Part shown: one piece after another, positions 1 through 12,540 of the stretch
How the letters are laid out: each line of letters opens with the position of its first letter
How positions within the stretch are numbered: the first letter of the stretch is position 1
Made by a program: the position numbers and the translations under genes
Assembly: GCA_011364985.1 (NCBI GenBank)
Contig: RDOC01000002.1
Coordinates: 189,424-253,423, forward strand
From: Candidatus Thorarchaeota archaeon
GTDB taxonomy: Archaea > Asgardarchaeota > Thorarchaeia > Thorarchaeales > Thorarchaeaceae
Direction: 5' to 3'
Length of the DNA stretch: 64,000 bases
The notes under the pieces: generated by a model
Seen by the model: only the letters and a program-made list of their open reading frames with translations
Databases searched by the model: none
Told to the model about the DNA's origin: nothing

Positions 1-25
1 TCCTTCAAGATCATGGTGTTGCGAT

Positions 26-3000
26 ATGGCAGCTGGCACAGAAGAAAGGGGCAAGTATTGGACGGTCATTGAGTCCTTCTTCGATCAGTTTGGCCTAGTA
101 GGTCAGCATCTGGACTCGTTCAACCGATTCCTTAGCGAAGAGCTTCAGCAAGTGGTTGATAGTGTTGCACGGCTTAATCCAAAGGTCGAAGGGTACCATG
201 TAGAGCTGGGCAATATTATCGTCGAGGCCCCCTCAGTTAGAGAAGCTGATGGAAGTGAGCATCCTCTGTTTCCCAATGAAGCAAGGATTAGAAACCTGAC
301 CTATGCAAGTAAGCTCTACTTGGATATGACCCCTGTCCGCAAGGAGGGGTCAATCTCAACCAGAATGGAAACGATGAGAATCTACATTGGCGATATTCCT
401 ATTATGCTCAGGAGCGAGAAATGCCTTCTCCATGGTATGTCCAACGAAGAGCTAATCCAGAAAGGTGAAGACCCGAAGGATCCAGGCGGCTACTTCATAA
501 TCAACGGGTCCGAACGTGTTCTTGTCACACAGGAGGACCTTGCACCTAATCGGATTCTAATCGAAGAGGCAAGCAAGAGCTCGAGTTACACACACATTGG
601 CAAGGTGTTCTCCACCTCCCGTGGATTCCGAGCCCCAGTTACAATTGAGAGAAAGCGGAATGGAGAGCTTCGTGTATCATTCCCCTCTGTGCCAGGAAAG
701 ATTCCCCTTGCTATTCTCCTCAAGTCCCTTGGTCTAGAGTCAGATAGAGAAATTGTAGATGTCATCTCCGATGATGATGAAATCCGAAACGAACTCATTG
801 TCACAATCGAACAGTCAGCTCCCATCAATGCAACTCGCGAAGATGAGGAGAGCACAACAAGAGAGAATGCCCTTGACTTCATTGGAAAGCGTGTAGCTGT
901 CGGACAGACAAAGGAGTATCGTCTTGCCCGAGCAGAAAAGGTTCTTGACCGTTATCTTCTCCCGCATATTGGAACTGAAGAGGAGCATCGTTTGCAGAAG
1001 GCCTACTATCTTGGACAAATGGTGGAACGTCTTCTTGAACTAGTTCTATCCAAGCGGCAGCCCGATGATAAGGACCACTATGCCAACAAGAGACTGAAGC
1101 TATCTGGGGATTTGCTGATGTCTCTCTTCAGAGTGGCATTGTACTCCTTGACTCGTGATATCAAGTATCAACTTGAGAGAACAGCAGTACGAGGTCGAAA
1201 ACCAAACATCCGTACTGCAGTCAGAGCTGATGTAATCACTCAGCGTCTAAAGCACGCTTTGGCAACAGGCAACTGGGTCGGCGGCAAGGCTGGTGTTTCA
1301 CAGCTACTAGATCGTACAAATTACATCTCATCCCTCTCACACCTTCGACGAGTGGTATCCCCCCTCTCGCGGTCACAACCACATTTCGAAGCACGAGACC
1401 TTCACTCAACCCACTGGGGAAAGATATGTCCAAACGAAACTCCTGAAGGTCCAAACTGTGGTCTTGTCAAGAATATTGCAATGATGGCCTATATCTCGGT
1501 AGGCACTGACGAAATTGCCGTGGAAAAGGCTCTTTTGAAGGCCGAGGTGGAGAGTATTGAGAAGATACGTGGAAAACGTGGTACAAAGTGGGCCGACGTG
1601 TTTCTAAACGGTCGACTTGTAGGTATCCATCCTGCACCACAGGTCTTGGTAAAGACTATCCGACAGAAACGGCGTGCTGGCGAAATCGACCATGAGGTCA
1701 ATATCGCATACTACGAAAATACGCACGAAGTACAGGTCAACTGTGATGCAGGCCGAGTAAGAAGGCCTCTCATAGTTGTTGAGAATGGAAAGAGCAGACT
1801 AACTGACGAGCATCTACGAATGGTCCAAGATGGTGAATGGACTTTCAACGACCTAATGAGAAATGGAATAGTCGAGTTCTTGGATGCAGAAGAAGAGGAG
1901 AATACACTAATTGCAATGTATCCAAACGAACTTGGTCCAGATACAACCCATCTCGAAATTGAACCCTCGACAATTCTAGGTATTTCTGCAGCACTCATTC
2001 CGTTTCCAGAACGAAATCAGTCACCTCGTAACGTCTACATGGCAGGAATGGCAAAGCAGTCTGTTGGAGTGCCGGCATCGAACTTCAAGTATCGTGCTGA
2101 CACACGTTCGCACTTCTTCCATTATCCACAGATACCACTAGTCAAGACTCGTGCAATGGACTCAATAGGATACGAGGAGCGACCTGCAGGGCAGAACTTC
2201 ATCGTTGCAATTCTCTCCTTTGAGGGTTACAACATTGAAGATGCTCTGATTATGAACAAAGCATCTATTGAGAGAGGTCTAGGTAGGAGCACTTTTGCCC
2301 GAGTCTACGAGAGCGAAGAGCGAAAGTATCCTGGCGGTCAGGAAGACAAGTTTGAGATTCCCGATCGCAGTGTTCGTGGATACAGGGCTTCCGAATCTTA
2401 CCGTAATCTGGGCGAGGATGGTATCATTGAAACCGAGGTGGAAGTACAAGGCGGTGATGTGCTTATTGGTAGAACTTCCCCACCAAGGTTCCTAGAAGAA
2501 TACTCCGAGTTCGAGATGGCTTCGCCAAATCGACGTGAAACTTCTGTTGCTGTACGTCACGGAGAGTCAGGCGTTGTCGATAGCGTTATTCTTACAGAAA
2601 CAATAGACGGCAATCGTCTTGTGAAGGTAAAGGTACGAGACCTTCGAGTTCCTGAACTTGGCGACAAATATGCATCACGTCATGGTCAGAAGGGCGTAAT
2701 CGGCTATATAGTACCTCAAGAGGATGTGCCTTTCACCGAAGACGGTGTTGTTCCTGACTTGATAATCAATCCACATGCCATCCCCAGCCGAATGACAATA
2801 GGCCAGATTCTTGAGATGATTGCTGGAAAAGCTGCTTGCATGGAAGGTAGACAGCAAGATGCAACACCTTTCTCAGGCGTGAGTGAAGATGAGCTCTTTG
2901 ATATCTTGAAGAAGCATGGTCTTCAACACACTGGCCGCGAAGTAATGTACTCTGGCATCACTGGCCAGAAGCTCGTTTCCGACATTTTCATTGGTGTTAT

Positions 3001-3397
3001 CTATTACCAGAAGCTTCACCATATGGTTGCTGACAAAATCCATGCACGCGCTCGAGGTCCAGTACAGATTCTTACACGTCAACCAACCGAAGGGCGCGCT
3101 CGAGAAGGTGGTCTTAGATTCGGTGAGATGGAACGAGATGTGCTAATTGGTCATGGCGCTGCAATCCTACTGAAAGGTCGACTTCTTGATGAGTCAGACA
3201 AGAGCAACATGCTGGTCTGCGAGGACTGTGGGCTCATCGGAGTCTACGACAGGAACAAGGACCAATACTACTGCCCAATATGTGGCCCCAACGCGAAGAT
3301 TAGTAGCGTTGTTGTATCTTATGCTTTCAAACTTCTCATACAAGAAATGATGTCCCTTGGCTTGGCTGCCAGACTGCGACTAAAGGAGATGGTCTAA
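26..3397 (+). CDS. rpoB: DNA-directed RNA polymerase subunit B (unsplit Rpo2)
   Basis: Motifs [50 protein letters not shown]; C-terminal Zn ribbon. Confidence 0.99.
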   Translation: MAAGTEERGKYWTVIESFFDQFGLVGQHLDSFNRFLSEELQQVVDSVARLNPKVEGYHVELGNIIVEAPSVREADGSEHPLFPNEARIRNLTYASKLYLDMTPVRKEGSISTRMETMRIYIGDIPIMLRSEKCLLHGMSNEELIQKGEDPKDPGGYFIINGSERVLVTQEDLAPNRILIEEASKSSSYTHIGKVFSTSRGFRAPVTIERKRNGELRVSFPSVPGKIPLAILLKSLGLESDREIVDVISDDDEIRNELIVTIEQSAPINATREDEESTTRENALDFIGKRVAVGQTKEYRLARAEKVLDRYLLPHIGTEEEHRLQKAYYLGQMVERLLELVLSKRQPDDKDHYANKRLKLSGDLLMSLFRVALYSLTRDIKYQLERTAVRGRKPNIRTAVRADVITQRLKHALATGNWVGGKAGVSQLLDRTNYISSLSHLRRVVSPLSRSQPHFEARDLHSTHWGKICPNETPEGPNCGLVKNIAMMAYISVGTDEIAVEKALLKAEVESIEKIRGKRGTKWADVFLNGRLVGIHPAPQVLVKTIRQKRRAGEIDHEVNIAYYENTHEVQVNCDAGRVRRPLIVVENGKSRLTDEHLRMVQDGEWTFNDLMRNGIVEFLDAEEEENTLIAMYPNELGPDTTHLEIEPSTILGISAALIPFPERNQSPRNVYMAGMAKQSVGVPASNFKYRADTRSHFFHYPQIPLVKTRAMDSIGYEERPAGQNFIVAILSFEGYNIEDALIMNKASIERGLGRSTFARVYESEERKYPGGQEDKFEIPDRSVRGYRASESYRNLGEDGIIETEVEVQGGDVLIGRTSPPRFLEEYSEFEMASPNRRETSVAVRHGESGVVDSVILTETIDGNRLVKVKVRDLRVPELGDKYASRHGQKGVIGYIVPQEDVPFTEDGVVPDLIINPHAIPSRMTIGQILEMIAGKAACMEGRQQDATPFSGVSEDELFDILKKHGLQHTGREVMYSGITGQKLVSDIFIGVIYYQKLHHMVADKIHARARGPVQILTRQPTEGRAREGGLRFGEMERDVLIGHGAAILLKGRLLDESDKSNMLVCEDCGLIGVYDRNKDQYYCPICGPNAKISSVVVSYAFKLLIQEMMSLGLAARLRLKEMV

Positions 3398-6055
3398 ATG
3401 ATTAGTGGACTTACGACCAAGAAGATTGACTCAATCGAGTTTGGCCTTCTTAGCCCTGAGGACATTCGAAAAATGTCCGTCGCTCAGATTGTCGTTGCAG
3501 ATACTTATGATGAGGATGGGTACCCTATCGAATCTGGGATTATGGATCCCCGATTGGGCGTCATCGATCCTGGCCAGCGTTGTAGGACCTGCGGCAATCG
3601 GGTAGGCAACTGCCCAGGTCATTTTGGACACATTGAACTCGCTCGTCCCATAATGCATGCGGGTTATGCGAAAGTCATTCACAAGGTGCTTCGTAGCATC
3701 TGCCGGGAATGCAATAGAATCTTGCTGACAGACGAAGAGATTGATTACTATAACAGGATGTTCAAACGGTATCCTGAGATTGGCCAGAAGACTGCGAACT
3801 TATCGAAGGACATTCTCAAGCGCGCCGCAAAGGCAAAGACATGTCCACATTGCGAGGAGGAGCAACTGAAGCTCAAGCTGGAGAAGCCTACTTCAATCTT
3901 CGAAGTAGGTGATGCCGGCTCAGTACGACTCACAGCCATTGACATTCGTGCAAGGCTAGAGAACATCTCTGATGATGATTATAGGCTTCTGGGAATCAAT
4001 CCTGATGCAGCTCGGCTTGAGTGGGCCATCATGACTGTACTTCCAGTGCCACCAGTCACCGTAAGACCGTCCATCACGCTTGAATCTGGCGTGCGTTCTG
4101 AGGACGATCTGAGCCACAAATGCATCGACATTATCAGAATCAATCAGAGATTACGAGAGAACTTGGATGCTGGAGCCCCTCAGTTGATTGTTGAGGATCT
4201 CTGGGAGCTTCTGCAGTATCACGTAACAACCTATATGGACAATGGTGTTTCTGGCATTCCACCAGCAAGGCATAGGTCTGGACGTGCCCTCAGGACGCTG
4301 GCTCAGAGACTAAAGGGCAAAGAAGGGCGGTTTAGGTCAAATCTCTCAGGTAAACGTGTTGACTTCTCTGCTCGTACTGTAATCTCCCCAGATCCCAATC
4401 TAAGTATGAATGAGGTTGGTGTACCTGAGGAGATAGCACGAATTCTCACTATTCCACAACGTGTCACAGAATGGAACATCGAAGAGATGAAAGAACTTGT
4501 TCTTCGAGGTCCAGATACTCATCCCGGCGCAAACTACCTTATTCGAACGGATGGTCGGCGAGTGGACCTTCGTTTTGTTAAGGACCGGACAATAATCTCC
4601 GATACAATCGAACCAGGCTTCATTGTGGAGAGACATCTCGACTCTGGTGATATTGTGTTATTCAATCGCCAGCCTTCTCTCCACAGGATGTCAATAATGG
4701 CTCATGAGGTTAGGGTGATGCCCTACCGGACATTTAGACTAAGTCTCTATGTATGTCCTCCCTACAACGCTGATTTCGATGGGGACGAAATGAACTTGCA
4801 TGTGCCGCAATCCGAAGAGGCTCGTGCAGAGGCTAGGGTTCTCATGCGCGTGCAGGAACAAATCCTCTCCCCACGATATGGGGGGCCAATCATCGGAGCA
4901 CTTCAGGACTATATATCTGCAGCCTTCCTATTGACTCGAAAGTCCAGTCTGTATACCGAGAATCAAGTCAACCAACTCCTTGCAACGGGCAGATTCACAG
5001 GGACTCTACCGGATCCGTCAATTATCGCACCTGTGAAGCTATGGACAGGCAAGCAGATCTTCAGCATGTTCATTCCCGAAGGAATCAATATCTCCTTCAA
5101 GGCCAATGTCTGCAGGAAATGCAACGTGTGCACCAAGGAGGACTGCCCCTATGACTCCTATGTGGTCATTCGCGACGGTGAACTCCTGTTCGGAGTCGTC
5201 GACGAGAAGGCCTTTGGTGCAGGAGAACCGGACTCACTCTTCCACCGAATAATCAAAGAAAAAGGCACTACTGCAGCTCGTGTATTCATGGACTCTGTGG
5301 GTCGACTTCTGATTCGTCTCATCACTGATAGAGGCTTTTCATTGGGTCTAAACGATGTGACACTTCCTAGAGAGGCACAACAACGAATCAAAATAATCCT
5401 GCAAGAGGCTGACCATAAGGTCAACCAGCTCATTGAAACTTACAAACGGGGTGAACTCGACCCCAATCCGGGTCAGACACTCCTCGAAACTCTCGAACAG
5501 CGAATCATGGCTACGCTTGCAGAGGCAAGAGACTCTGCAGGTGCAGTTGCAGGAGAACATCTGGGTCTTGAAAATTCAGCTGTCATAATGGCACAGACTG
5601 GAGCTCGTGGTTCACGGCTGAACCTTTCACAGATGGCTGCTGTCGTTGGACAGCAGGCTGTACGTGGTGAACGTATTAGTAGAGGCTACATAGGACGCAC
5701 ATTGCCTCACTTCGAGCGTGGCAATCTTGGTGCAAGAGCACGAGGATTTGTGACATCTAGTTACAAGAGTGGTCTTGACCCAATTGAGTATTGGTTCCAT
5801 GCTGCTGGCGGCCGAGAAGGACTTGTTGATACAGCTGTCCGAACCTCGACCTCTGGATATATGCAACGGCGTCTAATGACTGCGCTGCAGGATTTGAAGG
5901 TGGAAACTGATGGTACTGTTCGTACTGCTCCTGGACGTATTGTCCAGTTCAAGTTCGGTGATGACGGCGTAGACCCCAGCAAATCCGATCATGGCCGTTC
6001 CGTGAATATTGACATTGCAATTGAAAAGGTACTTGGAAAGAGAATAAAGGAGTAG
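3398..6055 (+). CDS. rpoA1: RNA polymerase subunit A' (Rpo1N)
   Basis: Catalytic NADFDGDEMN; CPGHFGHIEL; GKRVDFSARTVISPDP. Confidence 0.99.
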   Translation: MISGLTTKKIDSIEFGLLSPEDIRKMSVAQIVVADTYDEDGYPIESGIMDPRLGVIDPGQRCRTCGNRVGNCPGHFGHIELARPIMHAGYAKVIHKVLRSICRECNRILLTDEEIDYYNRMFKRYPEIGQKTANLSKDILKRAAKAKTCPHCEEEQLKLKLEKPTSIFEVGDAGSVRLTAIDIRARLENISDDDYRLLGINPDAARLEWAIMTVLPVPPVTVRPSITLESGVRSEDDLSHKCIDIIRINQRLRENLDAGAPQLIVEDLWELLQYHVTTYMDNGVSGIPPARHRSGRALRTLAQRLKGKEGRFRSNLSGKRVDFSARTVISPDPNLSMNEVGVPEEIARILTIPQRVTEWNIEEMKELVLRGPDTHPGANYLIRTDGRRVDLRFVKDRTIISDTIEPGFIVERHLDSGDIVLFNRQPSLHRMSIMAHEVRVMPYRTFRLSLYVCPPYNADFDGDEMNLHVPQSEEARAEARVLMRVQEQILSPRYGGPIIGALQDYISAAFLLTRKSSLYTENQVNQLLATGRFTGTLPDPSIIAPVKLWTGKQIFSMFIPEGINISFKANVCRKCNVCTKEDCPYDSYVVIRDGELLFGVVDEKAFGAGEPDSLFHRIIKEKGTTAARVFMDSVGRLLIRLITDRGFSLGLNDVTLPREAQQRIKIILQEADHKVNQLIETYKRGELDPNPGQTLLETLEQRIMATLAEARDSAGAVAGEHLGLENSAVIMAQTGARGSRLNLSQMAAVVGQQAVRGERISRGYIGRTLPHFERGNLGARARGFVTSSYKSGLDPIEYWFHAAGGREGLVDTAVRTSTSGYMQRRLMTALQDLKVETDGTVRTAPGRIVQFKFGDDGVDPSKSDHGRSVNIDIAIEKVLGKRIKE

Positions 6056-6069
6056 AGGAGATCGAATAG

Positions 6070-7380
<1,311 letters not shown>

Positions 7381-7481
7381 TATCGCTTCCATGGCGGAAA
7401 TGTTAAAACAGGACACCATATGTCGCAGATAGTTCAGCAAATGACGTCAAAAATACAAGAAAGACAACGAGGTCATGAGAA

Positions 7482-7775
7482 TTGAGCTTAAACCAACCAA
7501 TTGCAAGCGCTGTGAGCACTGGAAAGTGCAAGATTGGCGCTAAATCATCAATTGACTCCTTGAAGACCGGAGTGGCAAAGGTAGTAGTTGTTGCAGCCAA
7601 TTGTCCCAAAGAAGAGCACGAAGACATTGAGAGATACGCTCAGCTCTCTGGCATAAAGATTCTAAAGTTCGAGGGCACTTCTTGGGACTTGGGCGAGGTG
7701 GTCGGTAAACCCTTCATGGTTTCTGCAATTACCGTTATCGAACCTGGCGATTCAAAGATACTCAAGATGATTTGA
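7482..7775 (+). CDS. rpl30e: 50S ribosomal protein L30e
   Basis: TGKCKIG...VVVAANCP...LGEVVGKPF...GDSKIL; canonical position after rpoA''; TTG start. Confidence 0.96.
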   Translation: MSLNQPIASAVSTGKCKIGAKSSIDSLKTGVAKVVVVAANCPKEEHEDIERYAQLSGIKILKFEGTSWDLGEVVGKPFMVSAITVIEPGDSKILKMI

Positions 7776-7786
7776 GGCGAGTTTTC

Positions 7787-8215
7787 TTGGTCAAGCTTTC
7801 AATGGAAGACATGTCCCTTATTGCCACCTTCGAACGTATTACCGGTGCAGCTGCAGTAGATGTAGTTCTCGATGATGAAAGTGAACGTATCATCTTCGTA
7901 GTTCGCGAGAAGCAACTAGGGAAGGCAATCGGGAAGGGAGGGTCAAATGTCAAGGCAGCCGCTGAGGCTCTTGGCCGTGTCATAGATGTTGTCGAAATTG
8001 CTGACACTCCTGAAGAATTTGTAAGGAGTGCACTTGCTCCTGCTCGAGTTGAAGAGGTCAAAATCATAGTCCATAGAGATGGGAATCGAGTCGCATCGGT
8101 CACTGTAAAGAGTGAAGACAGGGGCATTGCCATAGGAAAGGACGGGCGTAATGTTGCTCGTGCAAGGATTCTTGCTCGTCGTCACTTCGATCTCAACAAT
8201 GTCGTTATTGCCTAA
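7787..8215 (+). CDS. nusA: Archaeal NusA (two KH domains)
   Basis: GKAIGKGG and GIAIGKDG KH motifs; operon position; start placed at TTG 7787 after GAGG. Confidence 0.95.
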   Translation: MVKLSMEDMSLIATFERITGAAAVDVVLDDESERIIFVVREKQLGKAIGKGGSNVKAAAEALGRVIDVVEIADTPEEFVRSALAPARVEEVKIIVHRDGNRVASVTVKSEDRGIAIGKDGRNVARARILARRHFDLNNVVIA

Positions 8216-8333
8216 GTACAGTTCAATTGTCCTGGAAGAGGTATGTATCGAATCCAAAGGAGTCAGTTATTCCCAGACTTAATTGCAGTGTATAGTTAGT
8301 TGAAAACCATCATCAAAACACAGCTTGAACAAC

Positions 8334-8681
8334 ATGGGAGTTAGACTACTGGCAAATCTTCCACGAAACGATTTGATAAAAGCTGCAGAAATGGATTTGA
8401 AGAAGAAACAAGCTTTCTCCTCAGCATCTTGAAGCTCTTGCATCGTATCTTCTCCTCTCTTCAATCCTTGACGAGAAAGATGACTATACTAGGGCAGAGG
8501 AAACTCTAAGAAGAGCTATAACGCATTTTCCCACTTCTAGTATGGTCTAGTTCTTGCTTGGCTCTAATCCTGCAGGCCAAGGCAGAAAAGAAGAGACACA
8601 GGAGGAATGGATGAGGCTTCTAGATTGAACCCCAATCACCTCAATGAGCTTGATGAAATGAAGTCTAAATATCGTGGATAG
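8334..8681 (+). pseudogene. Decayed TPR-repeat protein gene
   Basis: Hand translation SYLLLSSILDEKDDYTRAEETLRRAITHFPTSSMV*FLLGS...GRKEE resembles a TPR unit; TAG at 8548-8550 where Trp is expected, with frameshifts near 8400 and 8620. Confidence 0.5.
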
Positions 8682-8806
8682 CGGGTTCAGATGCCAGATG
8701 GAGAGCAACATTTGATAATCCTTTTAAGGAAACATGAAGCGGAAGCCGTGGCCACCAACAGATTACACCATATATGTTGGTCTCATCATCAAAGAGGTAA
8801 GATGCA

Positions 8807-9250
8807 TTGTCACGTGGAAAGAGTCCACTCGGTGAATTCGCAGCGCGACCCCTCTCGCGGAAACGCAAGAAGTTCCGCTGGAAGAAGACCGATTACAAGA
8901 GCAGAGTGCTCAAGCTCAAAAAGAAGACCGACCCTCTTGAGGGCGCATGTCAAGCTCGTGGGATAGTGCTTGAGAAACAAGGAATTGAGTCGAAGCAGCC
9001 GAACTCAGCAATCAGGAAATGCGTACGAATTCAGCTTTCGAAGAATGGTAAGCAAATAACGGCATTCATTCCAGGTGATGGTGGTCTCAAATACATAGAT
9101 GAACACGATCAAGTCCATGTCGAGGGTATTGGTGGCGCAATGGGTGGTGCAATGGGAGATCTCCCGGGTGTTCGTTTCAAGGTAGTCAAAGTGAACGGTG
9201 TTTCTCTAGAGTCTCTTATCTACGGCAAGAAGGAGAAGCCGATACGTTAG
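8807..9250 (+). CDS. rps12: 30S ribosomal protein S12 (uS12)
   Basis: [15 protein letters not shown]; [10 protein letters not shown]. Confidence 0.98.
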   Translation: MSRGKSPLGEFAARPLSRKRKKFRWKKTDYKSRVLKLKKKTDPLEGACQARGIVLEKQGIESKQPNSAIRKCVRIQLSKNGKQITAFIPGDGGLKYIDEHDQVHVEGIGGAMGGAMGDLPGVRFKVVKVNGVSLESLIYGKKEKPIR

Positions 9251-9259
9251 GTGATCATG

Positions 9260-9919
9260 ATGGCTGAAGAAGAAAAGACTGAGGTTGCTGAGGAGATTCC
9301 TGAGCCTGAAGAGCCACATGTCGCACCTGATCTTTTATTGTTTGGAAAGTGGGACTCAACAAATGTCGAGATTACCGATGTTGGTCTAGCTCGATATATC
9401 TCACTTAAGCCAATCCTTATCCCGCATACTTCTGGGCGGCATGCACACAAGAGATTCCATAAGAGCCAAGTTCCAATCGTTGAGAGATTTGTCAACAAGC
9501 TGCTGAATGCTGGTCGAAGAAAGGAAAAGAAGACCCGAACTGGCAGGAATGCAGGTAAGAAGACCCAAGCAATTGGCATGCTTCGGCGAGTCTTTGAGAT
9601 GATTGACTATCGAACAGGGCTTAATCCAATCCAAGTTCTTGTCACAGCTATTGAGAAGGCTGCACCTGCGGAGGAAACTACCCGTATTTCTTACGGTGGA
9701 ATGGCCTACCCCCGTTCAGTAGATGTAGCTCCACAGCGCAGAATTGATCTAGCTCTTCGGTATTTGGCTGTGGGAGCAGTGCGTTCTGCGTACAAGAATG
9801 CAAAATCACTTGAGGAATGCTTGGTGGATGAATTGCTTCTAGCCTATAAGGGCGATGCTGCTAGCTTTGCCGTAGCAAGGAAGGAAGAACGTGAGCGAGT
9901 TGCTCGTTCCGCAAGGTAA
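9260..9919 (+). CDS. rps7: 30S ribosomal protein S7 (uS7)
   Basis: LFGKW, PHTSGRH, NPIQVLV, VDVAPQRRIDLALR, ERERVARSAR; SD AGGTGA at 9249. Confidence 0.98.
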   Translation: MAEEEKTEVAEEIPEPEEPHVAPDLLLFGKWDSTNVEITDVGLARYISLKPILIPHTSGRHAHKRFHKSQVPIVERFVNKLLNAGRRKEKKTRTGRNAGKKTQAIGMLRRVFEMIDYRTGLNPIQVLVTAIEKAAPAEETTRISYGGMAYPRSVDVAPQRRIDLALRYLAVGAVRSAYKNAKSLEECLVDELLLAYKGDAASFAVARKEERERVARSAR

Positions 9920-9972
9920 GTTTCTGACAACGAGTAATCAGGGTCTCTAGTCTAAAGGCAGGCCATCTAGGA

Positions 9973-10908
9973 ATGTCACGCGAAGGTTTCGCTTGGCTTG
10001 CAATTCTCTTCATCACGGTAATCTGGGCATCATCACTCATAATGGCAAAGATAGTGTTTGCTGAGAATATGACTCCCATTGTCTTTGTAGCACTAAGATA
10101 CACTGTTGCATGTCCATTCCTTGCTCTTCCTGCTCTAATTGCAAGGAGACGTACCAAAGCACAGCACGATCCGGAGCTCAATTGGTGTCTCTTGCTTCTC
10201 GTGGGACTCAGCGGACCGTTTATCTCTCAAACTCTGCAGTATCTTGGCCTTAATATCACGATCGCCAGTGATGCTCTTCTTTTGCTGAACCTAAGTCCAG
10301 TATTCGCTGTCCTTCTAGCTTTGCCTATTTTGAGCGAACAAATCACGGGAGACAAAGCAGTAGGTCTCCTTCTTGCTACTCTTGGGGCAATACTCATTGT
10401 AATGACGCCAGTCCCAGTCGAGTGGTTGCCTGATACAACAAGAATTCTGGGCGATCTGGTTGTAATTCTTTCCACTTTCTTCTTTGCTATTAATGGCATC
10501 ATAGGGAAAATTGCTGTAAAGACCATGAACTCAATCACTGTGACATTTTATAGCACATTCTTTTCAATACCTTTCATTTGGCTTTCTGCAGCAATTTTCG
10601 AAGATGTAACAGTCATCTTTCGACTAAGTCTTCTCTCTTGGGTTGTTGTACTATGGGTAGGTATAGTCAATACTGCATTGACTTTCATATTATACTATGA
10701 ATCAATGCGTTATATCGAGGCTTCTAAGGTGCAGATTACACTCAATCTCATCGCTGTATGGGGTGTCATGATGTCAATTCTCTTTCTGCACGAAGCAATC
10801 TTTCCTCTTCAGATACTCGGCGGAATCATAGCCATTCTTGGTGTTATTATTACTCAGAAATCAAGAAATCCTGAGTCAGGCATCAAGCCTCTAGGAGAAA
10901 CATCATAG
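9973..10908 (+). CDS. EamA/DMT family transporter
   Basis: About 10 TM segments in two repeats; IWAS..., ALRY, LSEQIT...GLLLA. Confidence 0.9.
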   Translation: MSREGFAWLAILFITVIWASSLIMAKIVFAENMTPIVFVALRYTVACPFLALPALIARRRTKAQHDPELNWCLLLLVGLSGPFISQTLQYLGLNITIASDALLLLNLSPVFAVLLALPILSEQITGDKAVGLLLATLGAILIVMTPVPVEWLPDTTRILGDLVVILSTFFFAINGIIGKIAVKTMNSITVTFYSTFFSIPFIWLSAAIFEDVTVIFRLSLLSWVVVLWVGIVNTALTFILYYESMRYIEASKVQITLNLIAVWGVMMSILFLHEAIFPLQILGGIIAILGVIITQKSRNPESGIKPLGETS

Positions 10909-11145
10909 CTTACAGTTAGCAACAGCTTGAGGAATGATTACATCCGGGTTTTTCCTTGTAGTAATATTCTATGAACTCCAAGGAGTCTACTGGTCGTTCA
11001 GGCTGGCACAGACATCAAAATATGTTCATGCGGAGGTAGAACTGAACGACCCACAGCTCTAGTAAAATCATCCGCGGATTAGTGGAAATGACTGTGCCAA
11101 AGAGAATACAGAAAAACAAGAGCCATGATTTGACATCTCATGCAG

Positions 11146-11499
11146 CTACTCATGCTGCCATTTCTCTTTCTCAATCTCTTCTCTCCTGAGAATTGGAATC
11201 ACGTAAGTGTATAGGCTTCCGCTTGCAGGATCGTGGGTCACTCTCTTGAGAAGAACATCCAATCGTTTTTCTAGGGGCTGCATGTCAAAAGACCTTGTTA
11301 TTAACGCCAAATTGGCGTCTTTGTCGGTAATGAATAGACTGACCATCATCAAAGTATGAGAGGAATTGAGACCCCTTATTCCATTCATCACCCCGTTCGC
11401 CAAATCTATTGCCTGCTGACGAACATCATCGTTTCTAGGTACAGTTCTTCTATCATGGATGATAAATCCATCTGACTCAAAATCAAATTGTAGTCCCAT
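11146..11499 (-). CDS. Hypothetical protein
   Basis: 117-aa ATG ORF with GGAGG SD directly upstream. Confidence 0.7.
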   Translation of the reverse strand: MGLQFDFESDGFIIHDRRTVPRNDDVRQQAIDLANGVMNGIRGLNSSHTLMMVSLFITDKDANLALITRSFDMQPLEKRLDVLLKRVTHDPASGSLYTYVIPILRREEIEKEKWQHE

Positions 11500-11629
11500 A
11501 GACCTCCGTATTTATCCAAGGCATATAAACACCGAATCACATTTGCATTGCAGATATCTCTGGATAAGAAATCCTGACGAAAGGATTATCATGGAATCGC
11601 ATTCATATTAGGATGGTGGGGTTTCAATC

Positions 11630-11815
11630 ATGAGAGGAAGAATCATGCTATCTCGGTTACTTGCTGTTGCCTCTGCAATCGGAATCGTAGTATCCGCAAC
11701 ACTCACTATGATTGCTTGGGGACTATGGAGTTCTGCTGTTCGTTCAACATTCAACACCCTCATGCAATTCTTTGTTATCATCTTCTTCATTTCATTACCT
11801 CTTGGGATGTCCTAG
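11630..11815 (+). CDS. Small two-TM membrane protein (possibly truncated)
   Basis: 61-aa hydrophobic ORF, GGTGGGG SD-like sequence upstream. Confidence 0.4.
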   Translation: MRGRIMLSRLLAVASAIGIVVSATLTMIAWGLWSSAVRSTFNTLMQFFVIIFFISLPLGMS

Positions 11816-11856
11816 AGGTCATCGAGAACCAACATGCTGAGGATGAGGGGCAAGGT

Positions 11857-12280
11857 CTAGAACTGGCATGATACGCTACAGCAAATGCGGATGAATATTA
11901 CTCCTACGTATTTGGGCGCCTTTTTAGCCCGTATTTTGACCTTGATCAAGCGGCCTTTTATAGTTGCATAGTACATCTTTCCTGTTTTGTGGCCAATTAA
12001 AGGAAGTTCACTCTTCCGAATCCGAAACAAAGCCAGGTTCAACAATACCATTAGAGACAGCATTCTCAATACGCTTTCTGTTTGATGCCGCTATTAGTAG
12101 AACTTGAATCAATATGCAATCAAAAAGGAGAAACACATTGAAGCCCACAATGATTGCCGATAGCAGGGATACAATCTCGGGTAATACAAGGATGAAAAGT
12201 GCCCTTGAAAGGACAACCTGAAGACCGAGTATAGAATCCAACTTCTTTCTGTATCTTACACCCTCAATACAGTCGAACAA
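11857..12280 (-). pseudogene. Possible frameshifted membrane-protein gene
   Basis: Two overlapping minus-strand ORFs (12008-12280 hydrophobic, 11857-12069) with no recognisable family. Confidence 0.2.
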
Positions 12281-12480
12281 ATCTGTACCTATGCTGAATT
12301 AACAGGCGTTAGTCATGCTCATCAGGCTTGAGTTCATTTTTTCAAACAAGTATAAGAATTTTTTAGATTCAAATTTGAGCTTCTCAAATGCATATTCTTC
12401 TCTCAGAAAAATCACAGTTATGGATGGCTAACATTGCTTAACGGAAAACTCTAAAAGCGACTCCCAAACCTTCAGGCTAG

Positions 12481-12516
12481 TTTCCATCAGATGACTTGCT
12501 CATCTAAAGGTGGAAA
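12481..12516 (+). promoter_or_regulatory. Hairpin in the putative EF-1alpha 5' leader
   Basis: TTTCCATC/GGTGGAAA plus AGATGA/TCATCT stems with an AAA bulge, directly upstream of SD-like GTGGTG (12526-12531). Confidence 0.55.
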
Positions 12517-12540
12517 TCATGAGACGTGGTGTTTCAAATA

